A stretch of DNA of 64,000 bases from NCBI GenBank assembly GCA_965214705.1, contig CBDCCI010000002.1:160001-224000 (forward strand), written 5' to 3'. Both the position numbers and the translations under genes were made by a program. Of this stretch, positions 18,923-27,960 are shown piece after piece (the stretch's first letter is position 1; each line of letters opens with the position of its first letter). The notes below the pieces were generated by a model, which did no database searches, was not told the DNA's origin, and saw only the letters and a list, made by a program, of their open reading frames with translations. Source of the stretch: Alphaproteobacteria bacterium (GTDB lineage: Bacteria > Pseudomonadota > Alphaproteobacteria > UBA828).

Positions 18923-19799
18923 GTGCCATATCGTCCTCCCGCTCTAGCCTCGTGCGCAGATCGGTGATGTGGGCGAAACTCCAGATTTCGAAGTTCGGGT
19001 TGCCCATGCGGTTGCGTGTCGTCCGGTAGCGCAGTCTGGCAACCTGTCGCGCGTATCCGGCGAGCTCCTCCCTTGCTGGTTTCGTCATCTGCGCGGTTCG
19101 GAATCCCCAGGAGATGACATAGGCGATGAGGTCGGCGATCTGCACACCCGTGGTTAGGTCGCTGTGAACGAAGAACGGCTCCGGAACGATGGTTCGGGAC
19201 CGATGGCGCCCGACTGCGGTCTGCGAAAAATACCGATGAGTTTGATCGATCAGCAGATGGCTCTTTGACTTTTCCAGCTCGTCGAAGACGACGACACCCT
19301 GTTCGCCGGCGGACTGGTCCTCGAGGAAGTAGAAGAACCGTTCGAACACGTAGGCGTAATCCTTTCTTAGCCCCCCACTGGCCGTTGGCTGGGCATCGGT
19401 TTCGATCATGCTGGCAAAGGCATGGCAGTCGAGTTCGGCGCAGGTGTCGAAGACCGATTCAACGTAACGCAGCTTTGCCAGTGCCAGGGCCTTCAGCATG
19501 CGAACGTCGGCGCCGGAACCATCGTCGAGCGCCGCACGGGCGAGCCTCGGCATATCGGCCTCAGCCACCTCCGCGTTCAGAGCCTCGTGATGGAATACTT
19601 TTCTCTTCAGCAAGAGCGATCCCTTGAGCTCCCGGCGCCCATCGCTGTAGCGGCGACCGAAGAAGCGCAGTTCAGAATCGTGCAGGCTGCGAATGAGGTC
19701 CCAGAGGACGCTGTCCCGGATCGCGACCCCGGCCAGCACCTCGTACGGAGATGCCACCCTATCGTGGCCGCTTTCGTCCATGAACAGGAACCATGCCAT
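18909..19799 (-). CDS. DUF3800 domain protein
   Basis: N-terminal FMDESG, VVFDE, C-terminal GVQIADLIAY. Confidence 0.85.
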   Translation of the reverse strand: MAWFLFMDESGHDRVASPYEVLAGVAIRDSVLWDLIRSLHDSELRFFGRRYSDGRRELKGSLLLKRKVFHHEALNAEVAEADMPRLARAALDDGSGADVRMLKALALAKLRYVESVFDTCAELDCHAFASMIETDAQPTASGGLRKDYAYVFERFFYFLEDQSAGEQGVVVFDELEKSKSHLLIDQTHRYFSQTAVGRHRSRTIVPEPFFVHSDLTTGVQIADLIAYVISWGFRTAQMTKPAREELAGYARQVARLRYRTTRNRMGNPNFEIWSFAHITDLRTRLEREDDMAQKRQ

Positions 19800-19915
19800 G
19801 GGGCGAGATCGTTACTGCGGCACGCAATGGCTGGCAAGCAGACAGCTGTTCAGCCAAACCTTCAATGGTCCGAATCGCCGAAGGATTTGAAGGCCTGCGC
19901 TGGCATCAAATGGCG

Positions 19916-20063
19916 CGACCGCGCGGCGCTCAGGAAGGCGGGCTTCAGCGACGAGGACATCTTCGACATCGCCGAGGTCGCGGGCTTCTACAACATGACC
20001 AACAGGCTGGCCGCCGCCATCGATATGCGCCCCAACCGGGAGTACTACGGCATCGGGCGCTGA
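19916..20063 (+). repeat. Right copy of the 148-bp direct repeat (orphan AhpD-like 3' end)
   Basis: Encodes DRAALRKAGFSDEDIFDIAEVAGFYNMTNRLAAAIDMRPNREYYGIGR*. Confidence 0.95.
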
Positions 20064-20108
20064 AGACGGGTGAACGCCCGACTGTGCGCTTGCGTTGCGC
20101 CCTTACCA

Positions 20109-20202
20109 CGTCATGGCCGCATTTGTTGCGGCCATCCACGTGTTTGCCCAGCGTCCGGTGATTTGGCCGAGGGAGATGCGCGGAACAAGTCCGCGCATGA
20201 CG
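20109..20202. repeat. Alphaproteobacterial REP-like palindromic element (GTCAT...ATGAC type)
   Basis: CGTCATGGCCGC-ATTTGTT-GCGGCCATCCAC ... GATGCGCGGA-ACAAG-TCCGCGCATGACG. Confidence 0.75.
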
Positions 20203-20212
20203 ACGTGAGGGG

Positions 20213-21118
20213 CTAGGCGTGCGCGGCTGACGCGGCCTCTTCCCGCTGCTTGCGGTGTGCGGCGCGCATGGCCTTCTGCAGCTTCTTGAAGGCCCGCTCC
20301 TCGATCTGGCGGATGCGCTCGCGAGAGACGCCGTATTCCTTGCTGAGCTCTTCCAGCGTCAAAGGCTCTTCTCTCAGGCGCCTCTCGGCCAGGATATGCT
20401 GCTCGCGGTCGGTGAGCACCTCCAGCGAATCGCGGAAGAGCTGCCTGCGGTGGTCGAGCTCGTTCGCTTCGAGCACCGTGGTCTCCTGGCTCTCGGTGGA
20501 GTCTTCGAGCCAGTCCTGCCACTCGCCGCCGCCTTCCTCGCGGATCGGCGCGTTGAGCGACTGATCGGGGCCGGTCATCCGCCGGTTCATGGAGATCACG
20601 TCGTTTTCAGAGACGTTGAGCGCGGTCGCGATATGCTCGACCTGTTCCGGCGTCAGGTCGCCGTCGTCGATCGCCTCGATCTCGCCTTTCAGCTTGCGCA
20701 GGTTGAAGAAGAGCTTCTTCTGCGCGGCCGTGGTGCCCATCTTCACCAGCGACCAGGAGTGCAGGATGTATTCCTGCATCGAGGCGCGAATCCACCACAT
20801 GGCGTAAGTGGCGAGGCGGAAGCCGCGGTCCGGATCGAAGCGCTTGACCGCCTGCATGAGGCCGATGTTGCCCTCGGAAATCAGCTCGCCCACCGGGAGG
20901 CCGTAGCCGCGATAGCCCATCGCGATCTTGGCCACCAGGCGCAGGTGGCTGGTTACGAGCCGGTGCGCCGCCTCAGCGTCATCGTGCTCGCGCCAGCGCT
21001 TGGCCAGCATGAACTCCTCCTCGGGCGTGAGGAGCGGAAATTGGCGGATCTCGCGGAGATAGCGGGAGACGCTGCTCCCCTCCGGTGTCGCCGGTATCGG
21101 AACGGCACGCGCTGCCAT
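20213..21118 (-). CDS. rpoH: RNA polymerase sigma-32 factor
   Basis: RpoH box QKKLFFNLR; SHLRLVAKIA; VSRERIRQIE. Confidence 0.97.
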   Translation of the reverse strand: MAARAVPIPATPEGSSVSRYLREIRQFPLLTPEEEFMLAKRWREHDDAEAAHRLVTSHLRLVAKIAMGYRGYGLPVGELISEGNIGLMQAVKRFDPDRGFRLATYAMWWIRASMQEYILHSWSLVKMGTTAAQKKLFFNLRKLKGEIEAIDDGDLTPEQVEHIATALNVSENDVISMNRRMTGPDQSLNAPIREEGGGEWQDWLEDSTESQETTVLEANELDHRRQLFRDSLEVLTDREQHILAERRLREEPLTLEELSKEYGVSRERIRQIEERAFKKLQKAMRAAHRKQREEAASAAHA

Positions 21119-21248
21119 TGTTCCATCCCTCCTCTAAACCGAGACGCCCCGGCGTCCCGCCGGCCCCGCGCCGCGTTATGCTGCGTCTGCGAAGCCGTAT
21201 ATGGAATTTGCGCTCAAATCGGGCGTTTTCAAGGCAATTCGTCTTATA

Positions 21249-22241
21249 TCAAGCCTTTGTGATGCTTATGTCATCGCCCGCATTTGCCGCCGCGATCAGA
21301 GCGTTCATGTCAGCAGGGAGCGGGCTCTCGAAGGCAAGCGCCGCACCGCTCACGGGGTGGACGAAGCTCAAAGCGGCGGCATGTAGCGCTTGGCGGGGGC
21401 AAAGCGCAAGCGTTTTGTGCCAACGCTCGTCGAGGCCCCGACGCCTCGCGCCGCCATAGAGCGCATCGCCCACCAGCGGATGACCCCGGTGCGCCATGTG
21501 GACCCTGATCTGGTGGGTGCGCCCGGTCTCCAGCCGGCATTCGACGAGGCTCCAGAGCGGCTCCAGCGGCTTCAGCACGCGATAGTGCGTAACCGCAGCC
21601 TTGCCGCCATGCTCGCGCACCGCCATCCGCTTGCGATTGCGCGGATCACGGCCGATGGCGCCCTCGATCCGCCCCTCGGCAGGCCGCGGTACCCCCCAGA
21701 CCACCGCCCGATAGGTCCGGCTCAGCCGTCGCGTCGCAAACTGCTCGGACAATCCCCGGTGGGCGGCGTCGTGCTTGGCCGCGACCATGAGGCCGCTGGT
21801 GTCCTTGTCGAGGCGGTGAACGATGCCGGGCCGCCGCACGCCGCCGATGCCGGAGAGGCTCGCGCCGCAATGGGCGAGCAGCGCGTTGACCAGCGTGCGG
21901 TCAGGGTTGCCCGGCGCCGGGTGAACCACCAGCCCGGCGGGCTTGTCCACCACGATCAGATGCTCGTCCTCGTAGGCCACCTGGAGCGGAATCGCCTGCG
22001 CCTGCGGCGTCTCGTCCACCGGCGGCGGGATGACCAGCGTCACCGCCTGGCCCGGTTTGACCCGATATCCGGGCTCCGTTATCGTCGCGCCCGCGATCGA
22101 GACCCGGCCGGTCTCGATCAAGTTCTTGAGTCGCGAGCGTGACAGCGCCGGCACGTGATCCGCCAACAGCCGGTCGAGCCGCGCGCGAGCGTCCGCCCGA
22201 GCGACGGTGAACCGGCGGCGCGTTTCGGCGGCGGTGCTCAT
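21249..22241 (-). CDS. rluD: RluA-family pseudouridine synthase with S4 domain
   Basis: HRLDKDTSG, TGRTHQIRVH; located upstream of rpoH. Confidence 0.9.
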   Translation of the reverse strand: MSTAAETRRRFTVARADARARLDRLLADHVPALSRSRLKNLIETGRVSIAGATITEPGYRVKPGQAVTLVIPPPVDETPQAQAIPLQVAYEDEHLIVVDKPAGLVVHPAPGNPDRTLVNALLAHCGASLSGIGGVRRPGIVHRLDKDTSGLMVAAKHDAAHRGLSEQFATRRLSRTYRAVVWGVPRPAEGRIEGAIGRDPRNRKRMAVREHGGKAAVTHYRVLKPLEPLWSLVECRLETGRTHQIRVHMAHRGHPLVGDALYGGARRRGLDERWHKTLALCPRQALHAAALSFVHPVSGAALAFESPLPADMNALIAAANAGDDISITKA

Positions 22242-22255
22242 ATCCGGTACGGGCC

Positions 22256-22612
22256 ATGATCACCTATCTCAAGATCATCGTCATCGTTCTCGGGGTGATG
22301 ATTGCGGCGGGGCTCGTCGTGATCGGCATCAAGCTCGTCGAGAAGGGCGGCGAGCTGGCCGAGCTCAGCGAGGATGACGGCGAGACGGCGACGGATGATT
22401 GGGGCGCCAGCGCTCTGTCGGAGGCTACGGCCCCCTTGCCCACGCCGGGCGACCTGGGGCTGCCGGCAGGCTCGCAGGTGCGGCGGATGACCGCCGCGGG
22501 CCATCGGCTCATCCTCGTGGTGGCGGTGCCGGATGCGGGCGAGCGCATCGTGATCGTCGACCTGCGTAACGGCGGCATGGTCGCGAACATAGAAGTCGAG
22601 GGCGCGCCGTGA
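22256..22612 (+). CDS. Small membrane-anchored hypothetical protein
   Basis: N-terminal TM helix; divergent from rluD. Confidence 0.7.
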   Translation: MITYLKIIVIVLGVMIAAGLVVIGIKLVEKGGELAELSEDDGETATDDWGASALSEATAPLPTPGDLGLPAGSQVRRMTAAGHRLILVVAVPDAGERIVIVDLRNGGMVANIEVEGAP

Positions 22613-22676
22613 GCGTCGCGCCGGAGGGCGCGCGGTGAGTATCGCGCGGGAACGCGCGCGGTGAGTATCGCGCGGG
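22602..22676 (+). repeat. 26-bp-period tandem repeat (two exact 23-mers plus one degenerate copy)
   Basis: GCGCGCGGTGAGTATCGCGCGGG at 22628 and 22654; degenerate copy at 22602. Confidence 0.8.
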
Positions 22677-23110
22677 TCCGGCTCTCGCCGGCGCAGTTGC
22701 AGGCCATCGAGCGGGCGGCGGAGGCGGCTTATCCCGAGGAGGCCTGCGGCCTGCTGGTCGGGCGCGCCGGGCCGGGCGGCGCCTGGCAGGTGAGCACGGT
22801 GGAGGTGAGCGCCAACGTGGCGGAGCCGCCGCGCACACGGCGCTTCGAGGTCGATCCCAAGCTCCGGCTCAGGCTGGAGCGCGAGCTTCGGGAGAGCCCT
22901 GATTCAATCGTCGGCGTCTACCACTCTCACCCCAACGGCAGCGCCGAACCCTCCGAGACCGACATCTCGATGATCTTCGAGCCCGACATGGTCTGGCTGA
23001 TCACCGCGGTCACAGACGGCAGGGCGGGGGCGACCAAGGCTTACAAGCCGACCCAGGACGGCGCGGCCTTCCGGCCGCTCGGGCTCGACCTCGGCGACGA
23101 AATCGCGTGA
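22661..23110 (+). CDS. M67/JAB (Mov34/MPN) metallopeptidase
   Basis: PEEACGLL, YHSHP..SETD JAMM motif. Confidence 0.9.
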   Translation: MSIARVRLSPAQLQAIERAAEAAYPEEACGLLVGRAGPGGAWQVSTVEVSANVAEPPRTRRFEVDPKLRLRLERELRESPDSIVGVYHSHPNGSAEPSETDISMIFEPDMVWLITAVTDGRAGATKAYKPTQDGAAFRPLGLDLGDEIA

Positions 23111-23132
23111 GCCGTTAGGAGGCACGGAGCAA

Positions 23133-24182
23133 ATGGACTTTCGCAGCGACAACGTGGCCTCCGCCGCGCCGGAGATCGTGGACGCCGTGGCCGAGGCCGC
23201 GCGCGGCAGCGCCACACCCTATGGCGGCGATCCCTGGACCGAAGGCCTGGAGCCTGCCTTCTCCGAGCTTTTCGAGAGCCCGGTGAAGGTTTTCCCGGTG
23301 GTGACCGGGACTGCCGCGAACTCCGTGGCGGTCGCGACGCTGACGCCGCCCTGGGGCGTGATCTATGCCGGCCGCGCTGCCCATGTCGAGAACGACGAGT
23401 GCGGCGCGCCCGAGTTCATGACCGGCGGCGCCAAGGTCACCGGCATCGACGAGCGCTTCGGCAAGATCCAGCCCCAGGCGCTGGCGGCCGCGCTCGATGC
23501 CGCCGGCACGGGCGAGGTGCACTGGTCGCAGCCGGCCTGCCTCAGCCTCACCCAGCCGACCGAGATGGGCCAGATTTATACGCCGGACGAGCTTGCGGCG
23601 CTGACCGCCATCGCGCGCCATCACGACCTTGCGGTGCACATGGACGGTGCCCGCTTCGCCAATGCCGTCGCTGCCAGCGGGGAGAGCCCGGCCGACCTCA
23701 CCTGGCGGGCCGGCGTCGACGCGCTCTCCTTCGGCGCGACCAAGAACGGCGCGCTCGCGGCCGAGGCGATCGTGCTCTTCGACGACGCGCGTGCGGGCGA
23801 GCTCGCCTTCCGCCACAAGCGGGCAGGGCAGCTCCTCTCCAAGATGCGCTTCGTCTCGGCCCAGCTCGCGGCCTACGTCGCGGACGGCCTCTGGCTCAGG
23901 CTGGCGGAGCAGGCCAATCATCAGGCGCAACGGCTTGCCACCGGCCTGGAGGCTGTGCCCGGTGCATCGCTCGCGGCCCCGGCAGAGGCCAACGAGCTCT
24001 TCGTCACCCTGCCGCGTGCGGTGATCGACGGGCTCGCCGAGGCCGGAATCCTCTTCTACCCGTGGCCGGAGACCGATCCCGCGACCACGACGATCCGTCT
24101 CGTCACCCGGCACGACACCGACCCGGCCGAGGTCGATCGGCTGGTCGAGACCGCGCACACGCTCGCCGCCGCGGCCGCGTAG
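23133..24182 (+). CDS. ltaE: Low-specificity L-threonine aldolase
   Basis: DFRSDN, HMDGARF, SFGATKNG (PLP lysine). Confidence 0.9.
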   Translation: MDFRSDNVASAAPEIVDAVAEAARGSATPYGGDPWTEGLEPAFSELFESPVKVFPVVTGTAANSVAVATLTPPWGVIYAGRAAHVENDECGAPEFMTGGAKVTGIDERFGKIQPQALAAALDAAGTGEVHWSQPACLSLTQPTEMGQIYTPDELAALTAIARHHDLAVHMDGARFANAVAASGESPADLTWRAGVDALSFGATKNGALAAEAIVLFDDARAGELAFRHKRAGQLLSKMRFVSAQLAAYVADGLWLRLAEQANHQAQRLATGLEAVPGASLAAPAEANELFVTLPRAVIDGLAEAGILFYPWPETDPATTTIRLVTRHDTDPAEVDRLVETAHTLAAAAA

Positions 24183-24266
24183 CTCGCCCGCAGGCCGTGA
24201 CCCTGGCGCGACCTCCGGGCTAGAGTGCGCGGATCACGGACACGGACCGAATTGGGAGGACTCACC

Positions 24267-24659
24267 ATGCTGAAGCGGCACAACCCCGCCACCGTCGTCG
24301 AGGCCTATGGCGGCGGCTACAGCCAGGCGCTGGAGATCCCGGCGGGCGCCCGGCTCATGTTCACTGCAGGCCAGGTGGGCGTGGCGCCTGACGGCACGAC
24401 CGCGGACGGCTTCGCCGCACAGGCCGACCAGACCTGGGCCAACGTGCTCGCGCTGCTCGCCGAGGGCGGCATGGGCGTCGAGGATATCGTGAAGATCACC
24501 GGCTACATCGTGGGCGCGGAGAACTTCCCGGCCTACGCGGCGGCGCGGAAGAAGGCGCTCGGCGGCATCCGTCCGGCATCCACCGGGATCATCGTTCCGG
24601 CGCTGGCGCTCCCCGAATGGCTGGTCGAGATCGAGGCGGTGGCCGCGAAGGTGGACTGA
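24267..24659 (+). CDS. RidA family protein
   Basis: YSQA, AGQVG, RPAST, LVEIEAVA. Confidence 0.88.
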   Translation: MLKRHNPATVVEAYGGGYSQALEIPAGARLMFTAGQVGVAPDGTTADGFAAQADQTWANVLALLAEGGMGVEDIVKITGYIVGAENFPAYAAARKKALGGIRPASTGIIVPALALPEWLVEIEAVAAKVD

Positions 24660-24701
24660 GCGGGCACGCCGCTCGGGGTAGGCTGCGGGAGGAGAGGGAC
24701 C

Positions 24702-25076
24702 ATGGTGACGCCATCCATGCAATTGATCGGCGAGGCGCTGGCCGAGGTCGCCAGCATCTCGGTGGACGAGGCGCTGGCGCTGGTTGACGGCGGCGATGCG
24801 GTCTTCGTCGACGTGCGCGAGCGGGCCGAGCACGATGCCGGCGCCATCGCCGGCGCCATGGCCGCGCCACGCGGCTTCCTGGAGTTCATCGCCGACCCCA
24901 CCTCGCCGATGCACAACGCGGCGCTCTCCTCCGGCAAGCGGCTGGTGATCTATTGCGCCTCCGGCGGGCGCTCGGCGCTCGCGGCCAAGACCTTGCAGGA
25001 CATGGGCTATTCGGGGGTCGCAAACCTCACCGGCGGCTTCCAGGCCTGGACCGAGGTCGGCGGCCCCACCGAATGA
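24702..25076 (+). CDS. Rhodanese-like protein
   Basis: DVRE, YCASGGRS, LTGGFQAW. Confidence 0.9.
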   Translation: MVTPSMQLIGEALAEVASISVDEALALVDGGDAVFVDVRERAEHDAGAIAGAMAAPRGFLEFIADPTSPMHNAALSSGKRLVIYCASGGRSALAAKTLQDMGYSGVANLTGGFQAWTEVGGPTE

Positions 25077-26326
25077 CGGAAGGAGCGGCTGGCGGCATGT
25101 CGCCGCCGCTCGATACCGCCTTCGCCCGCGCGCACTTCCCGGCGCTCGCGGGCCCTTGGGCACTGTTCGAGAATGCGGGCGGCACCCTCGCCGCTGAGCA
25201 GGTGCTCGACCGCATCCGCACCTACATGGCCGAGTACCAGGTGCAGCCGGGCGCAGCCTACCCCGCGTCCGCCCGCGCTGCGGAGATGATCGCGGAAAGC
25301 CATCGGGCGATGGCCGCGATGATCAACGCCCAGCCCGAAGAGGTGATGATCGGGCCCTCCACCTCGATGAACGTCTTCCTCCTCGCCCAAGCGCTCAAGC
25401 CCGGTCTCAGCGAAGGCGACGAGATCGTCGTCACCAATCTCGACCACGAGGCGAACGTCGGCGCCTGGCGCAAGCTCTCAGGCGAAGGCATCACGGTGCG
25501 CGAGTGGCGCTTCGATCAGGAGAGCTTCGCGCTGGAGCCGGAAGGACTGGCGGCGCTGCTGAACGCGCGCACGCGCCTTGTTTGCTTCGGCCACTGCTCC
25601 AACATCACCGGCGGCTTCACCGACGTGCCGGCACTGGTGCGCACGATCCACGACGCCGGCGCGCTGGCTTGCGTGGACGGCGTCGCCTATGCGCCGCACC
25701 GCGCCATCGACGTGAAGGCGTGGCATGTCGATTTCTACCTGTGCTCCACCTACAAGCTCTACGGACCGCACCTCGCGCTGCTCTACGGCAAGCGCGCGCA
25801 CTTCGAACGCGTGGCGCCGCTCAACCACTTCTTCCTCGACGACGAGCTGCCGCTGAAGTTGAATCCTGGCGGCCCCAACCACGAGCTGAGCGCGGGCCTC
25901 GCCGGCGTCACCGCCTATCTCGACGCGCTCCACGCGCATCACGAGGGGGAGAGCAACCTGCCGCTCCACGGCCGCCTTGCCGCCATCTTCGAGCGTGTCG
26001 CGGCGCACGAGGAGGCGCTGGTTGCGCCGCTGCTGGACTTCCTCGCAGCGAAGCCCGGCGTTCGCCTGATCGGCAACCCGACCGCCGACCGCCACGTGCG
26101 CGCGCCCACGGTCGCCTTCGCGGTGGAGGGCCAGGACGCCGGCACTATCGCGCGCGCGGTCGCCTCGCACCAGGTGGCCATCGGCGCAGGCGACTTCTAT
26201 GCCGCCCGCTGCATCGAGGCTTTGGGCTTGGCAACCCAAGGCGGCGTGGTCCGCGCCAGCATGGTCCACTACAACACGGCGGACGAAGTCCAACGCCTGA
26301 TCCGCGCCCTCGACGAAGTGATTTAG
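25073..26326 (+). CDS. Class V PLP aminotransferase / cysteine desulfurase-like protein
   Basis: ENAGGT, DHEAN, DGVAYAPH, STYKLYGPH. Confidence 0.88.
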   Translation: MTEGAAGGMSPPLDTAFARAHFPALAGPWALFENAGGTLAAEQVLDRIRTYMAEYQVQPGAAYPASARAAEMIAESHRAMAAMINAQPEEVMIGPSTSMNVFLLAQALKPGLSEGDEIVVTNLDHEANVGAWRKLSGEGITVREWRFDQESFALEPEGLAALLNARTRLVCFGHCSNITGGFTDVPALVRTIHDAGALACVDGVAYAPHRAIDVKAWHVDFYLCSTYKLYGPHLALLYGKRAHFERVAPLNHFFLDDELPLKLNPGGPNHELSAGLAGVTAYLDALHAHHEGESNLPLHGRLAAIFERVAAHEEALVAPLLDFLAAKPGVRLIGNPTADRHVRAPTVAFAVEGQDAGTIARAVASHQVAIGAGDFYAARCIEALGLATQGGVVRASMVHYNTADEVQRLIRALDEVI

Positions 26327-26341
26327 GCGGCGGCCGCCCTT

Positions 26342-26974
26342 TTAGAGCCTGCGCGCCTGGGCGATGGGGAGCGCGGAGATCCGGGCGTACTCGCCGGCCG
26401 CGAAAAACGCCGGATCGTTCAGGTAATCCAGCACCAGATCGGTGGTATCGAGACCCCAGAATATCTCGTCGCCGATGGCGAACGTGGGGATGCCGAAGAC
26501 CCCCCGTTCTGCGGCTTCCTCGGTGCCCCGTCTCAGCGCCTCCTTGACTTGCGGTGCCGCGATCATCTCGTCAGCGTCCGCGATGCCGAGACGCCCGGTC
26601 AGCGCCCGCCACTCCTCGTCGTCAGAGGGATCGCGCCCCTCGGCCCATATGGCGTCGAAGACCGCGCGTATCAGCTGAGGCTCGGCGCCCTGGGCGACGG
26701 CAAGGCGGAGCGGGCGCAGCGGGTTGAAGGGGTGCGCCGGTGGCATGCGGAAGGGGATGCCATGCCGCGCCGCGTACCAGTGGCACCAGCGGTAGGTCTG
26801 CACCCGCTTGGCCGGGATCTCCGCGGGCCCCTTGTGCTGCCAATGGCCTAGCAGACCTGCGAACAGGACCGGCCGGTAGGCCACCTCCAGATCCGGCGGC
26901 AGCCGGTTGAACTGGGCGAGTTGCAGATAGGAAAAGGGAGAGAGAAAATCGAAGTACCAGTCAGCGGCCGGCAT
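26342..26974 (-). CDS. 2-hydroxychromene-2-carboxylate isomerase / kappa-GST-like protein
   Basis: YFDFLSPFSY, GVFGIPTF, FWGLD. Confidence 0.88.
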   Translation of the reverse strand: MPAADWYFDFLSPFSYLQLAQFNRLPPDLEVAYRPVLFAGLLGHWQHKGPAEIPAKRVQTYRWCHWYAARHGIPFRMPPAHPFNPLRPLRLAVAQGAEPQLIRAVFDAIWAEGRDPSDDEEWRALTGRLGIADADEMIAAPQVKEALRRGTEEAAERGVFGIPTFAIGDEIFWGLDTTDLVLDYLNDPAFFAAGEYARISALPIAQARRL

Positions 26975-27084
26975 CGGCCCGTCCTTTGCGCTCAGGGTCA
27001 GTGGTTGCCGGCCGATTGTGCCCGGTTTGGCCCGGCCGAGCGAGGGAGAGCGGGAGCCTGGCGAGTGGAAATGGCGGAGGGACC

Positions 27085-27819
27085 ATGAGCGAGACGGAGC
27101 GCGAGGCGCGGATCGACCTGGCGGCGGCCTACCGGATCGCCTGCCACCACGGGCTCAACGAGGGCGTCTGCAACCACTTCTCCCTGATGCTGCCGGGGAG
27201 CGACGACCGCTTTCTGCTGATCTCCTACGGCACTCATTGGAGCGAGGTGCGCGCCAGCACGCTGCTGGTCGTCGACATGGACGGCAACGTGCTCGAGGGC
27301 GAGGGCGACGTGGAGGAGACCGCCGTCTGCCTTCACGCCCCCCTCCACAAGGCGCGGCCGGACCTGCGCTGCCTGATGCACACCCATCAACCCCAGGTGC
27401 TGGCGCTGGCCATGATCGAGGACGGCAAGCTGGAGTCCGCGAGCCAGAACGCGCTCCGCTTCAGCCGCCGCGTCGCCTACGACCGGGATTACGGTGGCGT
27501 CGCCCTGGCCGAGAGCGAAGGCGAGCGCGTGGCGCGCGCGATGGACGGCGCCGACATCCTCTTCATGGGTAATCACGGCGTGATGGTGGGGGGCGGCGAC
27601 GTCGCCAAGACCTACGACGACCTCTATTACCTGGAGCGTGCGGCGATGGTGCAGATCCTCGCCATGAGCACCGGCCGCCCGCTCAAGCCGATCCCGCCCG
27701 AGATGGAGGAGGAAGCCGTGCGCCAGTTGTCGCGGGACAACCGGCACCGCTACGCGGTCGAGCACTTCACGGCGATCAAGCGGATTCTCGACCGCACCGA
27801 GCCCGACTACAGGGAGTAG
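27085..27819 (+). CDS. Class II aldolase/adducin family protein
   Basis: DLAAAYR, NHFS, MHTH, NHGV. Confidence 0.9.
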   Translation: MSETEREARIDLAAAYRIACHHGLNEGVCNHFSLMLPGSDDRFLLISYGTHWSEVRASTLLVVDMDGNVLEGEGDVEETAVCLHAPLHKARPDLRCLMHTHQPQVLALAMIEDGKLESASQNALRFSRRVAYDRDYGGVALAESEGERVARAMDGADILFMGNHGVMVGGGDVAKTYDDLYYLERAAMVQILAMSTGRPLKPIPPEMEEEAVRQLSRDNRHRYAVEHFTAIKRILDRTEPDYRE

Positions 27820-27835
27820 GCGCGGGCGGCACACC

Positions 27836-27943
27836 CCCACCTCACCCCGGCCCTCTCCTCCCCAGCGGGGAGGAGAGGGAGAGTAGGCGGCGCAACCTAC
27901 GTTCCCCCTCCGCCTTCGGGGGAGGGGGACAGGGGGAGGTGGG
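27836..27943. repeat. REP-like palindromic intergenic element (CCCTCTCC/GGAGAGGG type)
   Basis: CCCACCTC...CCCTCTCCTCCCC-AGC-GGGGAGGAGAGGG...CCCCCTCC-N-GGAGGGGG...GAGGTGGG between convergent genes. Confidence 0.78.
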
Positions 27944-27960
27944 CTACTCTACCGCCCGTA

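Noticed and set aside
19422-20063. 213-aa + strand ORF ending in the AhpD-like tail as a second peroxidase
   Set aside because: The N-terminal part is antisense to the DUF3800 gene and lacks the CxxC motif; only the duplicated tail is homologous.
27836-27943. Palindromic elements here and at 20109-20202 as novel RNAs
   Set aside because: They match common alphaproteobacterial REP-like intergenic repeat styles and occur once each in the window, so they are listed as features only.
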